In this document: positions 1 through 9,911 of the stretch, one piece after another
How the letters are laid out: each line of letters begins with the position of its first letter
Position numbering within the stretch: the first letter of the stretch is position 1
DNA from: Sedimentisphaerales bacterium
GTDB taxonomy: Bacteria; Planctomycetota; Phycisphaerae; Sedimentisphaerales; SM23-30
Assembly: GCA_963666285.1 (NCBI GenBank)
Contig: OY762711.1
Direction: 5' to 3' (one strand)
Length of the DNA: 64,000 nt
Translations under genes and position numbers: made by a program
Notes under the pieces: generated by a model
The model's input: only the letters and a program-made list of their open reading frames with translations
Told to the model about the DNA's origin: nothing
The model's database searches: none

Positions 1-750
1 TTTGAATGGCCCAAAAGGATTGTCTCCGATAGCATATCTAACTTTGTATGTATCGTTTATACATTTACCATCAGAATACATTAAATAATATTTCCCGTTA
101 TTTTTGACCATAAATGGAGCTTCAAAATATCCTTCAGGGGTAACCTCTTTAACCTCACTAGCAAAAGAACACATGTCTTTGCCAAGCTTGACGACTAAAC
201 AATGACCGTTTACCCAATTCCAGCCAGATCCCCAGTACAAGTATGCCTGACCGTCATCATCGATAAAAGCTTCAGCATCAATTTCATGTACGCCATCTCG
301 GAAATCACCCGGGATAAGTGGTTTGTCACCTAATGGATTATGCCATGGACCTTCTGGTTTGTCAGCTTTTCCTACCCAAACTTCAGAACCCACTGAGACA
401 TACATGTAGAATTTTCCATCAGTGCCTTTGATAACTGACGGAGCCCACACAGTATGCTCATTTGAAGTAGGTGAAGTACACGCCTGTTTTGTTGGCCAGT
501 TAAGCTGCAGACGCTCAAAGTTAATCATGTCAATGGTCTTCAGTAACGCTAATTCATTACCGCCCCATGGATCAATGGTTGCGTAAATATATAAATACCC
601 ATCATGAACGACAACACTAGGATCTGCAAACAAACCGTCAATTAAGGGGTGTGCAGGCTCAATTGAATCTAATTTACCTATATTAGATGAATTACAGCCG
701 GCGATAGCAATTAAACATGCTAAAAATAGAAACATACAACACTTTTTCAT
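1..750 (-). CDS. Glycoside hydrolase family 43 lipoprotein (3' end beyond window start)
   Basis: Not in the ORF track because it is open at the window edge. My translation from the ATG at 750 reads MKKCCMFLFLACLIAIAGC (lipobox)...LFADPSVVVHDGYLYIYAT...VWAPSVI...IDAEAFIDDDGQAYLYWG...YFEAPFM, i.e. the GH43 beta-propeller motifs ADP, WAP, ID and EAP. AGGGA RBS upstream. Confidence 0.85.
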   Translation of the reverse strand, partial: MKKCCMFLFLACLIAIAGCNSSNIGKLDSIEPAHPLIDGLFADPSVVVHDGYLYIYATIDPWGGNELALLKTIDMINFERLQLNWPTKQACTSPTSNEHTVWAPSVIKGTDGKFYMYVSVGSEVWVGKADKPEGPWHNPLGDKPLIPGDFRDGVHEIDAEAFIDDDGQAYLYWGSGWNWVNGHCLVVKLGKDMCSFASEVKEVTPEGYFEAPFMVKNNGKYYLMYSDGKCINDTYKVRYAIGDNPFGPFK

Positions 751-771
751 TTAAGTCCCTTTCGATAATGA

Positions 772-2715
772 TTATGTTCTTTTGAACATTTTCCGTAACT
801 CGTTCAATGTTATAGTAATTGTAGTTGGTCTTCCATGCGGGCAATTTCCAGATCGATTTACAATTGGACGCTGAGCCAGTAACTCTCGAATTTCATCTTC
901 TGAAAGCGGGTCACCAGCTTTAACAGCAGCTTTACATGCCATCATATCTAAAATGCTGTGTAAAAGTTCTTCACGAGATAATTTACCGGAGTTTTCACTT
1001 AATTTATCCAGCATCTCAATAACTATTTCAGACGGATTAGCCCTGTCCAGCAGTTGAGGGAATGAATTGATTGCAACGGTATTGGGTCCAAATTGCTCTA
1101 ATTCTATGCCAAGTTCTTTCAATGTTTCTTGATTTGATTCTATAACCGCGAGCTGGTCAGAAGTAACATCGACAGTTTCAGGGATCAATAACCGTTGGGC
1201 CGGCATATTCCCGGATAGAAATCGTTCATTCAATTGCTCATAAATAATTCGCTCGTGTAATGCATGCTGGTCAATTATAGTAACACCCTGGTTGTCCTGT
1301 TCGATAATAAATGAATTATGAACCTGCAATACGGGTAGATTGAAACCTGGCTCATCAGTTATGAGATCAGTATTTTGAGGATTAACAGAAGGATTAGATA
1401 TATCAGAATTGATATTGGAAACAGACTCATATTGTCTATTGTTTGCAATAAATGGTTTTTCAGCCTGCCTTAAAGTTGGATTTTCAGTTTTACTATTTAT
1501 CGAAGGGTGAGCAGCCGTAAAGTTCATCTGCTGTTGAGGTTGGGATTGAGTCGGCGTGTTCTTAAAGAAGTCCAGCAATGCTTTACGAGTTTCTACAACC
1601 CTGGGATTTTCAACTGTATCACTAGCGGCATTGATATCTGATGTTTGACGGTCAATATTCTCTATGGCCGGCGATTGCGGCTCGGAAGATTTGGATATTG
1701 ATTCCGCCTTGACATCTACAGTCATACCTCCGCCAAGCAGTTTGTCGCGGATAGCAGCCAAAACCTGAGAATGAACAGAATTGGAGTCGGCAAACCTGAC
1801 TTCTATTTTGGTAGGATGAACATTAACATCGATCTGATCAGGTGCCACATTTATAAAAAGAAAGACAACAGGCTGACGGTTAACCTCCATAAGTGACCTG
1901 TATCCTTCCCGGATAGCGTGAGAAACAAACTTGTCGCGTACGAACCTGCCATTAACGAACACGTACTGCCATTGACTGCCGGATCGTGCCTGCTGAGGGC
2001 GACCGATTAAACCGCTGATAGAAACACCACGATCGTTTCTAGCGATAGGGATCAAATCGGCAGCTAAATCGTTACTGAATAAAGCAGCGATACGTTCTCT
2101 CAGGCCCTGGCCGCCGGGCAGATCTTTTAATTTTCTGCCGTTATGGGTTAAGGTGAAATGGACAGCTTCATTTGCTAAAGCAATTCGGGTAAACTGCTCA
2201 CTTATATGATTCATTTCGGTATTAGCTGTTTTGAGGAATTTACGACGGGCAGGAGTATTAAAGAACAGATTTCGTATGGAAAATGCGGTGCCCTGGGGAC
2301 CGGGAGCAGGAACAGGTCCGTTAATATCACCACCAAAATCAGTAATTTTGGAAGCTTCTATTTCCGTTTCAGGTCTGCTTATAATCTCCATCTGGGAAAT
2401 TGAGCCAATACTGGCAACAGCTTCGCCACGGAACCCCATGGTGGAAATATTAAATAGATCTTCCTCGCTGGATAATTTACTGGTAGCATGGGGCATTACA
2501 CACTTTGCCAGATCGTCAGAACTCATGCCAATGCCATCATCCTGTATCTGGATAAGTTTTTTTCCGCCATCTTCAATGGTAACATCGATTCGCATAGCAC
2601 CGGCATCAAGCGAGTTTTCCATCAGTTCTTTTACAACACTGGCCGGACGCTCGACAACCTCGCCTGCAGCGATTTTATTAACTAAATTTTGCGGTAGTAT
2701 ATTTATTTTTGACAT
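772..2715 (-). CDS. mutL: DNA mismatch repair endonuclease MutL
   Basis: N-terminal KIAAGEVVERPASVVKELMENSLDAGA and GFRGEA GHKL motifs; C-terminal DQHALHER and CPHGRP endonuclease motifs. Confidence 0.98.
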   Translation of the reverse strand: MSKINILPQNLVNKIAAGEVVERPASVVKELMENSLDAGAMRIDVTIEDGGKKLIQIQDDGIGMSSDDLAKCVMPHATSKLSSEEDLFNISTMGFRGEAVASIGSISQMEIISRPETEIEASKITDFGGDINGPVPAPGPQGTAFSIRNLFFNTPARRKFLKTANTEMNHISEQFTRIALANEAVHFTLTHNGRKLKDLPGGQGLRERIAALFSNDLAADLIPIARNDRGVSISGLIGRPQQARSGSQWQYVFVNGRFVRDKFVSHAIREGYRSLMEVNRQPVVFLFINVAPDQIDVNVHPTKIEVRFADSNSVHSQVLAAIRDKLLGGGMTVDVKAESISKSSEPQSPAIENIDRQTSDINAASDTVENPRVVETRKALLDFFKNTPTQSQPQQQMNFTAAHPSINSKTENPTLRQAEKPFIANNRQYESVSNINSDISNPSVNPQNTDLITDEPGFNLPVLQVHNSFIIEQDNQGVTIIDQHALHERIIYEQLNERFLSGNMPAQRLLIPETVDVTSDQLAVIESNQETLKELGIELEQFGPNTVAINSFPQLLDRANPSEIVIEMLDKLSENSGKLSREELLHSILDMMACKAAVKAGDPLSEDEIRELLAQRPIVNRSGNCPHGRPTTITITLNELRKMFKRT

Positions 2716-2899
2716 AATAATATGGTTATATTCCAGTAAGCTTTCGTATTATGCAGCTTGAAAAGTGCGAAAGTTAACTTCTGTTTGGGGATAATTATTC
2801 TTTACTTTTTATATGGCAATCACTTACAATTGCATTTTAATAATTGTAGCTGAATTTTCTGCCAAAAGCAATTACAGATTGTAACACAGGTGTAAATAG

Positions 2900-3430
2900 T
2901 TGGAAATTAAGAAATTAGATGAACTGACAAGTTTATTGTCAGCAGAAAACCCACCAGTAATCGATACCGTGGATTGTGAAGTCAGTGTATTTGAACTGGC
3001 AAAAAACGATTGCGTGAAAGCACTTGAAGATATTGCAAAAGCTATCGAACTGGCCGGGCAGCTGGAAATGAAATATTGCAATGCTAATCCAGACCGTAAA
3101 AGTAAGTTAAATCCCCATCAAGCCATAGCCGTAGTTATCAGGGGAATCAACTCAACTGAAAGTCTGCCTGGGTATGAAAGTGGTATGAATAATCTTTACT
3201 TTTCATTGGAAAAGCTATGTGAAATAGTTTCTGTTAAGGGTATCTGGCTGCTAATTGAGAATCCGTCAGAGAAGTTATTGTTTTCACCTCTGGAATTGAG
3301 AGAGTTAATAGATAATTTATCATGCCCATGGTTAGGTATATTATTTAATGAGAATAACGTTCCAACCAGCAGTAATATTGATGACTGGATAAAGATACTG
3401 GGAAAACGAATAAGAATATTCATGAAATAA
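2900..3430 (+). CDS. Short, degenerate sugar-phosphate isomerase/epimerase (xylose-isomerase-like TIM barrel) homologue
   Basis: LLIENP..LLFSPLELRELID..SCPWLGILF..NV..WIKILGKRI resembles the C-terminal half of AP-endonuclease-2/sugar epimerase proteins. TTG start, only 176 aa. Confidence 0.55.
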   Translation: MEIKKLDELTSLLSAENPPVIDTVDCEVSVFELAKNDCVKALEDIAKAIELAGQLEMKYCNANPDRKSKLNPHQAIAVVIRGINSTESLPGYESGMNNLYFSLEKLCEIVSVKGIWLLIENPSEKLLFSPLELRELIDNLSCPWLGILFNENNVPTSSNIDDWIKILGKRIRIFMK

Positions 3431-3521
3431 TTCTTAGTGCTGCAAGTCTGGATTATCGTATAATTACATTTACTTGACGTAATACTGAATAGTTTGCGGG
3501 CAATCAAAAAGCAGATAATTG

Positions 3522-6500
3522 TTATAATTTGACACTTTGGCCCGGCTTTAGAAAATACAAATAACAATTAGAGACACTATTCCCGGTAATTTCTTTAACC
3601 GCCCTACTGTAAAAATCAAGCTGGAATTTATAGTGTGCAGCCCGTTTTGAAATCTCAACGCCTTTGACATTGTCAGTTTTGAAATCGATAATTGTATAAG
3701 AACGGCCATCCCAGACAAGACAGTCGATAATACCACGGACAATTACAATATCATTATTATGATCGATTATTTGCATTATTTCAGGGTATACTTCATCAGC
3801 AGCAGCAACTTTTAATGTAAATTCCCATTCTCGATATACAGTATCGTACCTGGAAATTAATAATGTACCAATATCAGAATTAAACAACGTTTCAATTGAC
3901 TCTAAATCAATATTTTTTGCTTGCCTGGCGGTGAAATTTCCTGAAGAAACCATGTTTTCCAGCTGTTCTGTCAGCCCGGATGTATCTAATGCAGAAGTCA
4001 GATCTAATAACTCTATAAATCTATGTGTCAATACTCCTTTTTCCGCAGCGGAAATCTTACCGGAACCGGTTTCCATAAATAACGGCTTTCGAGAAAAATC
4101 CAATATAGAATAACTCTCCAGGGTATCGTCAACAATTTTCTGGTGGTCAATAATGTCGTCATACTCAATTGCACTATCCAATGTTGCATTCATTGCTGTA
4201 ACACTTGCCCTGGCCTGGCATGAAGTGATATTAAGGTTTGGATATTGCCACTTAACCATCCTGCTGATGTTGTCTGAATCACCTGAGTACTGATCTGTGT
4301 CTAATACTGAATGAATATTTATGTCTGTATTAGAAGTATTTGATGATGATAATAATTTACTACCTATATCATTAATAATGTCAGAATTATATACTTGAAC
4401 TGCTACGTGAGGAATATTGATATTATCGCCAATTGAGATGCCTGAAATCTGTTCAAAATCCGGATGGCCGGATAATGCAGCAGCATACCAATCCAAAGGA
4501 CATTTGGCTGATGCCAGAAGATTGGCAGGTAATACAGTTATTTTTTCTGAACTATTAGGAGCGGCAATATTGGCTATTCTTCTTTCAGTTATGATATCTG
4601 AACAATAATTGGATAATTTATCTATTGAAGTATCAGCAAAAAGAATCAGGTGCTCCTTGGCGCGTGTTAAGGACACATATTGTACCCTCATTTCTTCATA
4701 CAAACATTTAAGGCGTTCTTTCTCAGTTAAGATAGCATACGGCAGAGTTTTCCAGGATTCACCAGTTGCCGGATCACGCAGCCTAAGAGCTATACCCCCC
4801 TCTTCTGCCTGGGCAAAGAAAACCGGCTTTGACAGGTCTCTCAAATTAAACTTTTTACCTAGTCCGGCAGCTATAACAACAGGAAATTCAAGCCCTTTAC
4901 TCTTATGTACACTCATTAACTGGACAACATTGTCTGACTCAGATAAAATATGAGCCGGGCCAAAATCTTCTGAAGGCTGACTGCTCAAGTCTTCTATAAA
5001 TCTAAGAAACCGTCCTAGCCCCTGTGTACTGAATGAATCATAATCTTTTGCAGTATTATAAAGATGAATAAGATTGGCATATCTCTGTCTACCATCAGGC
5101 ATCCCTCTATAGTGCGTCAGCATATTAGTGTGAGAATAAATATTACGAATAAGGGCAGCAAGAGTTCCGGAACGTGCCAGATCTCTCCATAAGTTAATAT
5201 CCTCCAGAAACATAGCTAACCTGCTACGCAAAGAGTCGTTAGAGCCTTTATCAATATAAACCATAACTGCAGAATAGAACGAATTATCTGGAAATGCATC
5301 TCTAATATGAGCCAGGTTATCTTCAGTTAAACCAACGTAAAAGCTTCGTAAAGCTGCGGCTAAGGCTATATCCTGTCGTGGGTTATCAATAAGCTGCAAA
5401 ATACTCATGATGTTTGAAATTTCCACCGAATCAAAAAAGCCCCCTTCCTGCTGTACAAATAATGGTATTCCGCACTGATCAAATACTTCTGAATATATTT
5501 GCGCCTGTGATTTTGGGGATCTCAATAAAATCACAATGTCTTTATATGTGACAGGTCGTATTTGCCTGCCAGAAGGACATAAAATATTGAACTCTGAACT
5601 ATCAACTATTTGCCTGATGCGATTGGCAACCATAGCTGCTTCTCGTCTTGTAGAATCACAAAGCTCATTATTATCCGAGTTAAGTTCACAGTTATTATCA
5701 ATCAAATGGAGCTCAATCGGAGTGTCGTACTTACCTTTATAATTATCAGAATGCTCATCATAAAAAGATGCCCCAAACAGCATACGACCATCGCCGGAGT
5801 AGTCATATCCGCCAAATTCCTTACTAATGCATTTTTCAAATACATAATTCACAAAATTGATAATTTCTTCCCTGGAACGAAAATTCTTACTCAGTTCAAT
5901 CCGCGATGGAACTCCAGTGGATTGCTCCAGTTCAATTTCACCATCAAATGTCGGTTGATACGATTTATGTTTGCTCAAAATTATATCAGGGTCAGCCTGC
6001 CTGAAACGATAAATGCTCTGTTTTAAATCGCCAACCATAAACATATTACCCTTTTGAGGGTCAGGCTTTTTTATGATTTCAAATAGAGCTTCCTGTAAAG
6101 GGGAAATATCCTGATACTCATCAACTAAAATATATTTATATAGTTTCTGCTGCTCAATTGCAGCTATTGACGGTCGGCCATTATCATTTAATATTGCCAA
6201 GAGCTTGCGGCTTATGTCTGAATAGTCTAAAACCTTGTTGGATTTTTTATATTGTTGATACCTTACATCGAACTCAGTATAAAGTTTAATAATAATCTCT
6301 ATATGCGGGGTTACTGCATTGATTTGGCGAATTAAAGTATTCGAATCAATCAGTAATTCAGCAGGTATTCTTTTTAACGTTTCTTTGACGTTTTTAATAA
6401 TATACGTAATAGCTTCTTTTTCATTTATATCGACACCTTTACTTTTAGAGGAAAGTCTTTTTGAGACAGGTAAAGTGTCGATATTATTTAATATATTTTT

Positions 6501-7313
6501 ACTTACATCACCAGAATAAGATTGAAGCTTTCTATGTGCATCCTGCAATATTTCCAGAGTAGGTGATATGTATTCTCTATAGTGCCCTACTGTAGAAAAT
6601 ACTCCGAGGAGATTCTCACCTATGCTTAATTGAGATATCAGTAATTCGATATGATTTGTTAATGCTGCATGCTGGATCTTTTGGAAGTAATTATACTTAT
6701 CTTCTATTTGACAAGAGCCTGGCTCGCAAAAATTCAATAAATTTTCACTGTCAATTAAACTATCAATAAAAAATCCTAGCGAACGAATTATTGCCGGAAC
6801 CTGCGAATCATCTCTGCGTCCTCCATAAGCACGCACAAAATTATAGAATTTATTGATATCAATTTCAGCTTGACCGGAATAAAACTCTTCCAAAATCTCA
6901 TCTATGAGATTAGATAAAATTAGAGATTTTTCCTTCGGATCAATAATTTCAAATGAGGGGTCAATATCAGCAAGATAAAAATACTCTTTCAGCAATGATG
7001 AACTATATGAATCTATAGTGCAGATTTTTGCACAGTTCAACATAGATAGCTGTCGCCTGGCGTGAAAATCATTAGGATTGTCTTCGACATGCTTGAGTAA
7101 ACGGTCACCAATACGTTTGCGCATTTCAGCTACTGCTGCACGGGTAAATGTAACTACAAGTATCTTGTCAATATCACAAGGATTTTGAGGGTTAATTATC
7201 AGTTCGAGGAACCGCTCTGTTAATACTGCAGTTTTACCTGATCCCGCGGAAGCAGTTAAAAGTAAGTCAGAATCTGTCTTATAAATAGCTTTTTGCTGCT
7301 GAATAGTCCACAT
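3522..7313 (-). CDS. addA: AddA-type ATP-dependent helicase/nuclease subunit A
   Basis: ASAGSGKT Walker A, TFTRAAVAEM, LVDEYQD, VGDLKQSIYRFRQA, MSVHKSKGLEF, and a C-terminal RecB-type nuclease (GIIDCL..IDFKT). The ORF track starts at 7334; the MWT start at 7313 fits the family better. Confidence 0.93.
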   Translation of the reverse strand: MWTIQQQKAIYKTDSDLLLTASAGSGKTAVLTERFLELIINPQNPCDIDKILVVTFTRAAVAEMRKRIGDRLLKHVEDNPNDFHARRQLSMLNCAKICTIDSYSSSLLKEYFYLADIDPSFEIIDPKEKSLILSNLIDEILEEFYSGQAEIDINKFYNFVRAYGGRRDDSQVPAIIRSLGFFIDSLIDSENLLNFCEPGSCQIEDKYNYFQKIQHAALTNHIELLISQLSIGENLLGVFSTVGHYREYISPTLEILQDAHRKLQSYSGDVSKNILNNIDTLPVSKRLSSKSKGVDINEKEAITYIIKNVKETLKRIPAELLIDSNTLIRQINAVTPHIEIIIKLYTEFDVRYQQYKKSNKVLDYSDISRKLLAILNDNGRPSIAAIEQQKLYKYILVDEYQDISPLQEALFEIIKKPDPQKGNMFMVGDLKQSIYRFRQADPDIILSKHKSYQPTFDGEIELEQSTGVPSRIELSKNFRSREEIINFVNYVFEKCISKEFGGYDYSGDGRMLFGASFYDEHSDNYKGKYDTPIELHLIDNNCELNSDNNELCDSTRREAAMVANRIRQIVDSSEFNILCPSGRQIRPVTYKDIVILLRSPKSQAQIYSEVFDQCGIPLFVQQEGGFFDSVEISNIMSILQLIDNPRQDIALAAALRSFYVGLTEDNLAHIRDAFPDNSFYSAVMVYIDKGSNDSLRSRLAMFLEDINLWRDLARSGTLAALIRNIYSHTNMLTHYRGMPDGRQRYANLIHLYNTAKDYDSFSTQGLGRFLRFIEDLSSQPSEDFGPAHILSESDNVVQLMSVHKSKGLEFPVVIAAGLGKKFNLRDLSKPVFFAQAEEGGIALRLRDPATGESWKTLPYAILTEKERLKCLYEEMRVQYVSLTRAKEHLILFADTSIDKLSNYCSDIITERRIANIAAPNSSEKITVLPANLLASAKCPLDWYAAALSGHPDFEQISGISIGDNINIPHVAVQVYNSDIINDIGSKLLSSSNTSNTDINIHSVLDTDQYSGDSDNISRMVKWQYPNLNITSCQARASVTAMNATLDSAIEYDDIIDHQKIVDDTLESYSILDFSRKPLFMETGSGKISAAEKGVLTHRFIELLDLTSALDTSGLTEQLENMVSSGNFTARQAKNIDLESIETLFNSDIGTLLISRYDTVYREWEFTLKVAAADEVYPEIMQIIDHNNDIVIVRGIIDCLVWDGRSYTIIDFKTDNVKGVEISKRAAHYKFQLDFYSRAVKEITGNSVSNCYLYFLKPGQSVKL

Positions 7314-7320
7314 ATAAAGA

Positions 7321-7344
7321 AAAAAGCCGGACATAACCGGCTTT
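7321..7344 (-). terminator. Intrinsic terminator after the hydrogenase operon
   Basis: On the minus strand, AAAGCCGG-TTATGT-CCGGCTTT is followed by a T-run, about 15 nt after the nuoE-like stop. Confidence 0.7.
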
Positions 7345-7358
7345 AAAATACTAAATAA

Positions 7359-7898
7359 TTATTCGTACCTGGCTAAAAGGCTTTCAATATCTTCGGGCTT
7401 CACACACGCATGGACATCATCATTAATAATAACTACCGGTGCTAAACCACAGGTACCTAAACAACGTGAAGCATCAAGCGTATAAAGCTTATCTTGTGAA
7501 GTCTCGCCTGGCGTTATACCTTTAAGCTCAGTAATTTTGTCAATAATCTGCTGGGCACCTTTAACATAACATGCAGTTCCGAGGCAAACATTAATGATAT
7601 TTTTCCCACGCTCTTTTAATCGGAAAAAATGGTAAAAAGACGCTACTCCGCTTACTTGTGATGCCGGGACATCTAATAAAAGTGCAACAGCATCAAGCTG
7701 CTTACTGCTAAGCCAGCCATTTATTGCCTGAACCTTGTGTAAGACGTTAATTAACTCACTTTCCGATCTTTCTTTCTGAAGACACTCGTTAATAAACTCA
7801 ACAACTTCAGGTGTCAGCGTTGCTTTGGCTTCATCATAGACTTTATTGATATTTTCATTTAATTCTTGCATGATTCTATTCCGTAAAATTATGAACAT
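7359..7898 (-). CDS. NuoE/HydC(HndA)-like [2Fe-2S] thioredoxin-fold hydrogenase subunit
   Basis: VASFYHFF, VCLGTACYVKG and CLGTCGLAPV motifs. Probable real start at 7871 (MQELNE). Confidence 0.9.
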   Translation of the reverse strand: MFIILRNRIMQELNENINKVYDEAKATLTPEVVEFINECLQKERSESELINVLHKVQAINGWLSSKQLDAVALLLDVPASQVSGVASFYHFFRLKERGKNIINVCLGTACYVKGAQQIIDKITELKGITPGETSQDKLYTLDASRCLGTCGLAPVVIINDDVHACVKPEDIESLLARYE

Positions 7899-7915
7899 CT
7901 TAACTATTGAATATA

Positions 7916-9664
7916 CTATACACCCCTGGGATAATTAGGTGTATATGACGTATGTAGAAGCTCATGAGCTTTGTGACCGCCCTGCTCACCAAGATAATCT
8001 TCATAGAGTTTTACAATATCAGGGTTTTCATGTGAAGAACGATACTTTTTATCTTTATCAAGCTTATAAAGCGCTTCAGCGCGTTTTGCTCTTAGCTCTT
8101 TATTTAGCACATATTGCCCTGTCGGCGGATAAGGTTGTCCACCACCATTGATACATCCACCGGGACATGCCATAATTTCAATCAGATGAAACTCTTTTTC
8201 GCCACTCTTAACAGAATCAAGTACTTTACGGGCATTGCCAAGCCCATTTGCTATAGCCAGCTTAATTTCAGTACCAGCTACATTGACTGTTACTTCACGA
8301 AGACCTTCTACGGCTCGCACATCTTTAAACTCAAGTTCTTCAAGTGGTTTTCCTGATAGTTTTACCGCAGCGGTCCTCAAAGCGGCTTCCATAACGCCAC
8401 CTGTAGTACCAAAAATATCACCGGCACCTGTTGCTAAGCCCATTGGTGAATCAAACGGCTCATCTTCAAGGGCTAACATGTCAATTCCGTAGCATTTAAT
8501 CATCCATATAAGTTCTCTGGTGGTAAGTACTGCGTCAGTATGAGGAGTGCCGTCAGCATCAGCCAACTGCGGACGTGCCATTTCATACTTCTTGGCTGTA
8601 CATGGCATAATTGCAACGTTAAATATCTTTTTAGGATCTATATCTTCATGCTCTGCATACCAGGTTTTAGTTAAAGCAGACATCATACTCATTGGTGACT
8701 TACATGATGAACAGTTAGGGATAAATTCAGGATAGAATTTTTCGACAAAATTCACCCAACCTGGCGAACAGCTTGTCAGCATAGGCAACGGTCCTGTTCC
8801 CTTTGTAACCCTTTGCAGAAATTCATGAGACTCTTCCATGATAGTAAGGTCTGCACTGAAATCAGTGTCAAAAATTACGTCACATCCAAGTTTTCTTAAG
8901 GCGGCAACCATTTGGCCCACTATAGGTGTGCCAGGTTCCAATCCAAATCCTTCTCCAATAGCAGCACGTATCGAAGGCGCAATCTGAACAACAACAATTT
9001 TTTCCGGATCAGCGATTGCTTCCCATACACGTTCAGTATGATCTTGCTCCAAAAATGCTGCTGTAGGACAGACGTTTATGCACTGTCCGCATTGTATGCA
9101 TACAGATTCATCCATATTTACGCTATGAGCAGGAGCAACTTCTGTATTAAAACCTCGATGCTGCTGGCATAAGTTGCTTACCGATTGAACTTCTTCGCAT
9201 ACACGGAAGCATCGGCCGCAAAGTATACATTTATTAGGATTTCGAACAACACTTTTACTGGTATTATCAATAGGAAGATTTTTGCGTTTGCCTTCAAATA
9301 ATCTTTCTCTTACACCATGTAAATATGCCAATCTTTGTAATTCACAATTTCCATCACGCTGGCAGGTTTGACAGTCTTTGGGGTGATTATCAAGAATCAA
9401 TTCGATAATATCTCGACGAGCCTCACGAATTTCAGGACTGCAAGTATTGATTTCCATACCTTCCCATACTTTTACAGAACAGGATGCCATAAAAAATGGT
9501 ACCCCTATCACTTCGACAATACATACCCTGCAGGCACCTTCAAGTGACAGGTCTGGATGATAACAAAGTCTCGGAATCCGTATTCCAATACTGTCAGCAG
9601 CTTCCATAATTGTTGTTCCGTCGGCAACACTTAACGGTTTACCGTCAATTCTGATATTAATCAT
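7916..9664 (-). CDS. hydA: Group A [FeFe]-hydrogenase catalytic subunit (HydA/HndD-type, NuoG-like N-terminal FeS domains)
   Basis: H-cluster motifs TSCSPGW, MPCTAKKYE and EIMACPGGCINGGGQP; N-terminal [2Fe-2S], His-ligated and 2x[4Fe-4S] motifs; small-subunit tail LLHTSY. Confidence 0.95.
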   Translation of the reverse strand: MINIRIDGKPLSVADGTTIMEAADSIGIRIPRLCYHPDLSLEGACRVCIVEVIGVPFFMASCSVKVWEGMEINTCSPEIREARRDIIELILDNHPKDCQTCQRDGNCELQRLAYLHGVRERLFEGKRKNLPIDNTSKSVVRNPNKCILCGRCFRVCEEVQSVSNLCQQHRGFNTEVAPAHSVNMDESVCIQCGQCINVCPTAAFLEQDHTERVWEAIADPEKIVVVQIAPSIRAAIGEGFGLEPGTPIVGQMVAALRKLGCDVIFDTDFSADLTIMEESHEFLQRVTKGTGPLPMLTSCSPGWVNFVEKFYPEFIPNCSSCKSPMSMMSALTKTWYAEHEDIDPKKIFNVAIMPCTAKKYEMARPQLADADGTPHTDAVLTTRELIWMIKCYGIDMLALEDEPFDSPMGLATGAGDIFGTTGGVMEAALRTAAVKLSGKPLEELEFKDVRAVEGLREVTVNVAGTEIKLAIANGLGNARKVLDSVKSGEKEFHLIEIMACPGGCINGGGQPYPPTGQYVLNKELRAKRAEALYKLDKDKKYRSSHENPDIVKLYEDYLGEQGGHKAHELLHTSYTPNYPRGV

Positions 9665-9677
9665 ATTTTGTGCCCCT

Positions 9678-9691
9678 TGACATATATGTCA
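9678..9691. promoter_or_regulatory. Perfect 14-bp palindrome TGACATATATGTCA next to the hydA RBS (candidate operator)
   Basis: The palindrome is read directly from the sequence, 13 bp upstream of the hydA ATG. The operator role is inferred. Confidence 0.45.
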
Positions 9692-9911
9692 TTTTCATAG
9701 ACAAAATAGCTATAAGTTTCTATTGCCAATAATTTTAACCAGCAAACACTAAAAATTATAGTAAAAAGTATAGATAAATTTCCATAAAAATAATTAATCA
9801 TCTAAAAACATTCATTCAAGTCGTGAATGAACATTCATATGATTGTACCTTAAGTATGGCAATAAAAATATATTGCTACTACTTGTTTATTTACTGTAAG
9901 TTAGATATTAT

